A stretch of 64,000 nucleotides of DNA from the NCBI GenBank assembly GCA_050951325.1, contig JBMNIW010000012.1:192001-256000 (forward strand), written 5' to 3'. Of the stretch, positions 59,787 to 64,000 are shown one piece after another. The notes under the pieces were generated by a model. It had not been told where the DNA came from and searched no databases. It worked only from the letters and a program-made list of their open reading frames with translations. The stretch comes from Clostridia bacterium (GTDB lineage Bacteria; Bacillota; Clostridia; UBA1212; DUPL01). The number at the start of each line of letters is the position of its first letter. The first letter of the stretch is position 1. Position numbers and translations under genes: made by a program.

Positions 59787-60269
59787 ATGGATATGCTGGA
59801 TTATGCAATCAATATGGAACTTGAGGGGAAGGAATACTATGAGAAGCAATCGGAGCTTAACAAAAACAACAGACTTAGTGTTGTGTTTAGATTCCTTGCA
59901 GAACAGGAGAGGCTTCATGCTGAAATTCTCATGAGAAGGAAAGAGAATAAAAAGGCGGTTCCTGAAGACAACGAGAAATTGGAAATTAATAGTCTGTTTT
60001 CTGATTTGGATGATTTCAAGGCTGAAGTGTCTGTTATCGGAAAGCAGCTTGACGTATACAGATTTGCTCTTGAGATTGAGGAAAAGAGCATAAAAGTGTA
60101 TGAAGAGATGTATGAAAAGGCTGACAACGATGAAGACAAAAAGCTTCTTGCTTTCTTAATTGACCAGGAGAAAGCACATTACGAGATGTTCAATCAGTTG
60201 GAAACCTTGGTAAGAAAGCCTGAGGAATGGATAGAATCTCCGGAATTTGGATTAAGGGAAGATTACTGA
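59787..60269 (+). CDS. Ferritin-like (rubrerythrin-type diiron) protein
   Basis: AINME.EG..YY, E..H, E..S...Y, E..H. Confidence 0.85.
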   Translation: MDMLDYAINMELEGKEYYEKQSELNKNNRLSVVFRFLAEQERLHAEILMRRKENKKAVPEDNEKLEINSLFSDLDDFKAEVSVIGKQLDVYRFALEIEEKSIKVYEEMYEKADNDEDKKLLAFLIDQEKAHYEMFNQLETLVRKPEEWIESPEFGLREDY

Positions 60270-60287
60270 TTTTATACTGTTTAATAA

Positions 60288-60326
60288 CACCCCGCTGTCT
60301 GGTATAATAGATTGCGGGGTGATTTT
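60288..60326 (+). promoter_or_regulatory. Hairpin or terminator holding an extended -10 in its loop and the jetA RBS in its 3' arm
   Basis: CACCCCGC (60288-60295) pairs with GCGGGGTG (60314-60321), followed by ATTTT; TGGTATAAT at 60300-60308. Confidence 0.6.
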
Positions 60327-60328
60327 GT

Positions 60329-61738
60329 ATCAATCTTTTTAACATACTACCAGAAAGTTTTTTCAAACCTTTAAACAGCAAATACAAATCCATATATGTG
60401 GATTGTCTTATGATTATATACGACACATATCGTTCGGAATTATCTTTTGGTGTCGAAAGAGATGTTCTGGTTTTAAAACTGGAGCAATATTTTGATGATC
60501 AACTTGAATTTGAACAAGTTTTTGAAGAAGATGAAGAAACCGCAGTCAACTCCAAGGAAAAAGCAAACCTGGTGTTGAGAAAACTGAAAGATTGCGGCTG
60601 GATTGAATACGAAACCGCATCTGATTACAAAACCATGGTTAATCTAAAGGACTATGCCTCCACTATGATTGAATCCTTTATTAAAATTACAAGGCAGGAT
60701 GAACTTGAGTATCAAAGCCTTATATCGCAGATTCATGCAACTCTTCTCAACCAGGATGCCTATGTTAAACCCTACGAATATATTATCAAAAGGGTTCATG
60801 AGAATACGGAAGAACTTATTGTCGGCCTGAAAAAGCTAAACACAAATATAAAACAATACATTGAAAAACTGACCAATGACAAACCAGTTAACGAAGTTCT
60901 TGATGATCTTTTCAAATATCAGAACGAAATAGGATCCAAATCTTTTCACAGAATAAAAACCAGCGACCATATCTCAAGATTTAGAATTTCCATAAGAGAA
61001 AACCTAAGCCGAATACTGAATGATGAGAATATCTTCCGAAAAGCAGTTAAAGGCTACATGGAAATTGAAATGGGAGATAAAAAGGATGAGTTGGCTGCTG
61101 AGCAGAATCTAAGACAGATGGTTCTTGGTGTACTTAGAGCTTTTGAAAACTACGATGACATTGTTAAAGAGATAGAGGAAAAACATAAAAAATACTGGCA
61201 GAGTTCGGTGGCCAGGGCAAAATTCCTGATATCCAACACAAACAATGCAGAGGGAAAGATAATTACCATCCTCAAGTACATGGCACAAAAGTTTAACATG
61301 GATGAAGAAACCAACATGTACGATGAAATGGATGAAGAGTTTCATGAGTTGTTCAGGATGTTTCCCCAAAGCTGGCTTGGTCACGAATCAGTGTACACTG
61401 AAAGAATTACAAGGGAAGTGTCACCACCTTCCAAGCTGGCTGCCGGTATTGACTTTTCTGATGAAGAAAGACAAGAGATAAAAAACAGACTCGTGGAAAA
61501 ACAAAAGAACAAGCTGTCAAGAAAGAACATCAATGAATATGTGGCAAAGCTTCTTGAAGACAAGCAGTCTGTAGTCGCCTCAAGCCTTCCTCTTGAGACA
61601 AAAAGGGATTTTATCAAGCTCATTCTTATTTACCTTTACGGGAAAGGACCTGCAGCAAAATACAGATCTGTAGACATGGACAAACGAGTTGTTGTCAACA
61701 AATTTGAATTTAAAGATTTTCTTATTGAAAGGAGATAA
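60329..61738 (+). CDS. jetA: Wadjet JetA (MksF-like, DUF5716-type); probable ATC start
   Basis: The frame is open from ATC 60329 (INLFNILPESFFKPL.SKYKSIYVDCL); LRKLKDCGWIE; first gene of a jetABC-like operon. Confidence 0.75.
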   Translation: MNLFNILPESFFKPLNSKYKSIYVDCLMIIYDTYRSELSFGVERDVLVLKLEQYFDDQLEFEQVFEEDEETAVNSKEKANLVLRKLKDCGWIEYETASDYKTMVNLKDYASTMIESFIKITRQDELEYQSLISQIHATLLNQDAYVKPYEYIIKRVHENTEELIVGLKKLNTNIKQYIEKLTNDKPVNEVLDDLFKYQNEIGSKSFHRIKTSDHISRFRISIRENLSRILNDENIFRKAVKGYMEIEMGDKKDELAAEQNLRQMVLGVLRAFENYDDIVKEIEEKHKKYWQSSVARAKFLISNTNNAEGKIITILKYMAQKFNMDEETNMYDEMDEEFHELFRMFPQSWLGHESVYTERITREVSPPSKLAAGIDFSDEERQEIKNRLVEKQKNKLSRKNINEYVAKLLEDKQSVVASSLPLETKRDFIKLILIYLYGKGPAAKYRSVDMDKRVVVNKFEFKDFLIERR

Positions 61739-61743
61739 ATCAG

Positions 61744-62376
61744 GTGGATATATTCAGCGAAAGCACTGCACAAAAAGAAAAATTCAGAACTTGCGCCAAC
61801 AAGCTTCTAAACAGTTGCTTTATACTCAAACGCAAAGAAGATACCAGGAACGACTATATATACCTTCTGCAGAACAAGGACTATTTTATACAATACTTTG
61901 ATTTGCTGGGATATCAGCTGGACATAAACGAAACATATGGCGTTGTTTCCCTGATAAGTACAAGCGGCACAGGCAGAATCAGACTCAAAAAGAACGAGAG
62001 CATACTCCTTCTCATTTTGAGACTTCTATATATCGAAAAGGCAAAGGAACTGCGCCTTGTTGACGATGTGGTGGCAAGAATAGAAGAGATTCATGAAAAA
62101 TATGACATGCTGAATATTAATTCAAAGCAGAAACTTGACAGAACATCATTAAAAAGCGTTTTTTCCACTTTTAAGAGATACAACCTTATTCAAACGATGG
62201 ACAGGGACATAACCGCATACGATGCAAGGATCATCATATATCCATCGATACTGTTTGCAATTACCCATGACAGCCTTGATGCAATGTACAATGCGGTAAT
62301 GGACAAATTGGATTCATACAACATGAGGGGTGAAGATGAAGATGAGGAAGATGAAGAAGACATTATGCAGGATTAG
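61744..62376 (+). CDS. jetB: Wadjet JetB (DUF4194/MksE-like)
   Basis: ESILLLILRLLY.EK, IIIYPSI, acidic tail. Confidence 0.8.
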   Translation: MDIFSESTAQKEKFRTCANKLLNSCFILKRKEDTRNDYIYLLQNKDYFIQYFDLLGYQLDINETYGVVSLISTSGTGRIRLKKNESILLLILRLLYIEKAKELRLVDDVVARIEEIHEKYDMLNINSKQKLDRTSLKSVFSTFKRYNLIQTMDRDITAYDARIIIYPSILFAITHDSLDAMYNAVMDKLDSYNMRGEDEDEEDEEDIMQD

Positions 62377-64000
62377 ACTAATAAACTGGCATTACTTTGT
62401 GAATGAAACAGTATCGGTAAAAGGATCCTGCCTCATAACCGGAGAGAACACTTCAGGAAAATCTACCATACTGGATGCCCTTCAATTTGTCCTGACTACA
62501 AGTCAGAGAAACTTCAACAAGGCAGCAAATGAAAAAAGCAACAGGGCATTGAAAGGGTATGTAAGATGCAAAACCGGAGACGAAGGATCCATCTATCTAA
62601 GAAAAGGCAATGTAATATCCTACGTTGCTCTGGAGTTCTTTGAAGAAAAGACAAGCAAGTACTTTGTGCTGGGTGCAAAAATTGAATCCCCTGATGAAGA
62701 CAGCAATCTCGATATAAAATGGTTTAGGGAAGAGTGCAGACTTGAAAATTTGTCTTTCATAAACCAAGGCAGTCCTTCAACGGATGAAGAATTTAGGAGA
62801 GGCGACAAAAAAGTGACTTTAATTAGGCAGGCAAAAGAAGCAAGAGCAAGATTTGCCCAAAGGCTTGGAAACCTGGATGACAGGTTTTTTGACATCATCC
62901 CAAAATCCCTGGCATTCAAACCCATAGACAGAGTCAAGGACTTCATAACCAATTTCATACTACCTGAAAGAAACATAGAGGTGGATGCATTAAGAACCCA
63001 GATAGCCACTTTGGATGAACTTGGCAAGCTGATGAAAACAACAAAGACGAAAATTGCCATGCTTGAGGAAATATTGAAAAAGTACGAGGATATTACGGCA
63101 AAAGAAAAAGAAATCAAGATAAATAATTTTATGATAAACAAAGCTCTACTTGAAAGCTATCGTGAAGACGTTTCAAAGCATGAGCGGGATATTGAGATAA
63201 ATACCCAGAAAATCAAAATCGAGGAAGAGAAGAAAAGCAATCTTGAGGAAGAACTTGAAAGAGCACGATCCAGAAAAACAAGCTTGGAAGTTGCTCTTGG
63301 ACAAAATGAAACTACAAGACTTATTAATGAAACCGAACAAACCATAAGAATGCTTGAAAAGGATATTGAATCAGAAAAGAAAAGGCTTGCAAATCTTAAG
63401 AATGCTCTTGAAAAGCTGTACAAGGCTCTGTATGCCCTGGCCAATGAAGGTGTCGTTATTCTCTCAAAAGAGCAGCTTGATGGATTTATTAAACCAAGTG
63501 TAATTGAAGACGATAAAATTCATCAACTGACAATACTGCAAGAAGAGTTTACTAGAATGCTTGAGGACAGCAGAAAGAAAAGATATGAACTGCAGCAACA
63601 GAAAGATACTCTTGAGAAAAAAAGGATTGATTTGCAAAAGGAGATCGAAAAGCTGGAAAACAAAAAGCTTACATTTCCTGAAAACACCGAAAGACTTATG
63701 GCGGAAATCGAAAAAGAGTTTACTCATCTTGGAATTGATGCAGAGGTCAGAGTCTTTTCTGATTTGCTGGAGATAACGGACCACTCCTGGCAGAATGCAG
63801 TAGAGGGCTACCTAAACACCCAGCGTTTTTACATCATTGTGGAGCCAAAATACTACCAAACAGCCCTGCATGTATATTACCGGGTAAGGAACAAAGTGCA
63901 CACAGTTGGACTTGTTAATACACAAAAGCTGGATACCAATGTTGAAGTGGATGTTGATTCCCTTGCATATGTGGTAGAAAGCAAAAATAGATACGCCAGA
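62351..64000 (+). CDS. jetC: Wadjet JetC SMC-like ATPase, 5' part only (runs off the window)
   Basis: Not in the ORF track. MKKTLCRIRLINWHYF, Walker A GENTSGKSTILDAL, FNKAA, long coiled coil; in-frame alternative starts at 62336 and 62342. Confidence 0.88.
   Translation, partial: MKKTLCRIRLINWHYFVNETVSVKGSCLITGENTSGKSTILDALQFVLTTSQRNFNKAANEKSNRALKGYVRCKTGDEGSIYLRKGNVISYVALEFFEEKTSKYFVLGAKIESPDEDSNLDIKWFREECRLENLSFINQGSPSTDEEFRRGDKKVTLIRQAKEARARFAQRLGNLDDRFFDIIPKSLAFKPIDRVKDFITNFILPERNIEVDALRTQIATLDELGKLMKTTKTKIAMLEEILKKYEDITAKEKEIKINNFMINKALLESYREDVSKHERDIEINTQKIKIEEEKKSNLEEELERARSRKTSLEVALGQNETTRLINETEQTIRMLEKDIESEKKRLANLKNALEKLYKALYALANEGVVILSKEQLDGFIKPSVIEDDKIHQLTILQEEFTRMLEDSRKKRYELQQQKDTLEKKRIDLQKEIEKLENKKLTFPENTERLMAEIEKEFTHLGIDAEVRVFSDLLEITDHSWQNAVEGYLNTQRFYIIVEPKYYQTALHVYYRVRNKVHTVGLVNTQKLDTNVEVDVDSLAYVVESKNRYAR

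Noticed and set aside
59661-59918. 86-aa N-terminal extension of the GH20 ORF
   Set aside because: It overlaps the divergent ferritin-like gene; the signal-peptide-like start is at 59660
62620-63784. Short ORFs listed in the jetC region
   Set aside because: Antisense or off-frame shadows of jetC, which the track omits because it has no stop within the window

Overview
About 64 kb of low-GC chromosome from an anaerobic Bacillota (Clostridia-like) organism, rich in carbohydrate genes. From left to right: (1) a probably LacI-regulated GH36/NPCBM operon; (2) a 10-kb minus-strand operon of cohesin/dockerin surface proteins with no CAZyme domains (vWA/repeat subunit, adaptor, membrane anchor), partly broken by lesions and cut off at its 5' end by an IS4-family element; (3) a nest of IS elements: an IS4 stub, a 4.3-kb IS21-family element carrying a degenerate ParB-like gene and a 28-bp perfect palindrome, and an IS1634 remnant; (4) an [FeFe]-hydrogenase operon with a Rex-like box; (5) sugar catabolism genes, NfeD-flotillin, kdgK-eda and an unannotated N/Q-rich micro-ORF; (6) a type IV pilus operon separated from its promoter by an intact IS1634 with a 5-bp TSD; (7) an ISLre2 element with a long structured tail; (8) glycolipid, sulfatase, YtrA-ABC, CD225/DUF2752, MerR, SPFH-zinc ribbon, GH99-like, GH20 and ferritin-like genes; (9) the start of a Wadjet (jetABC) operon whose jetA appears to begin at an ATC codon beside an RBS-occluding hairpin. 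I saw no rRNA, tRNA or CRISPR array. All family calls come from recognising motifs by eye; no database searches were run.
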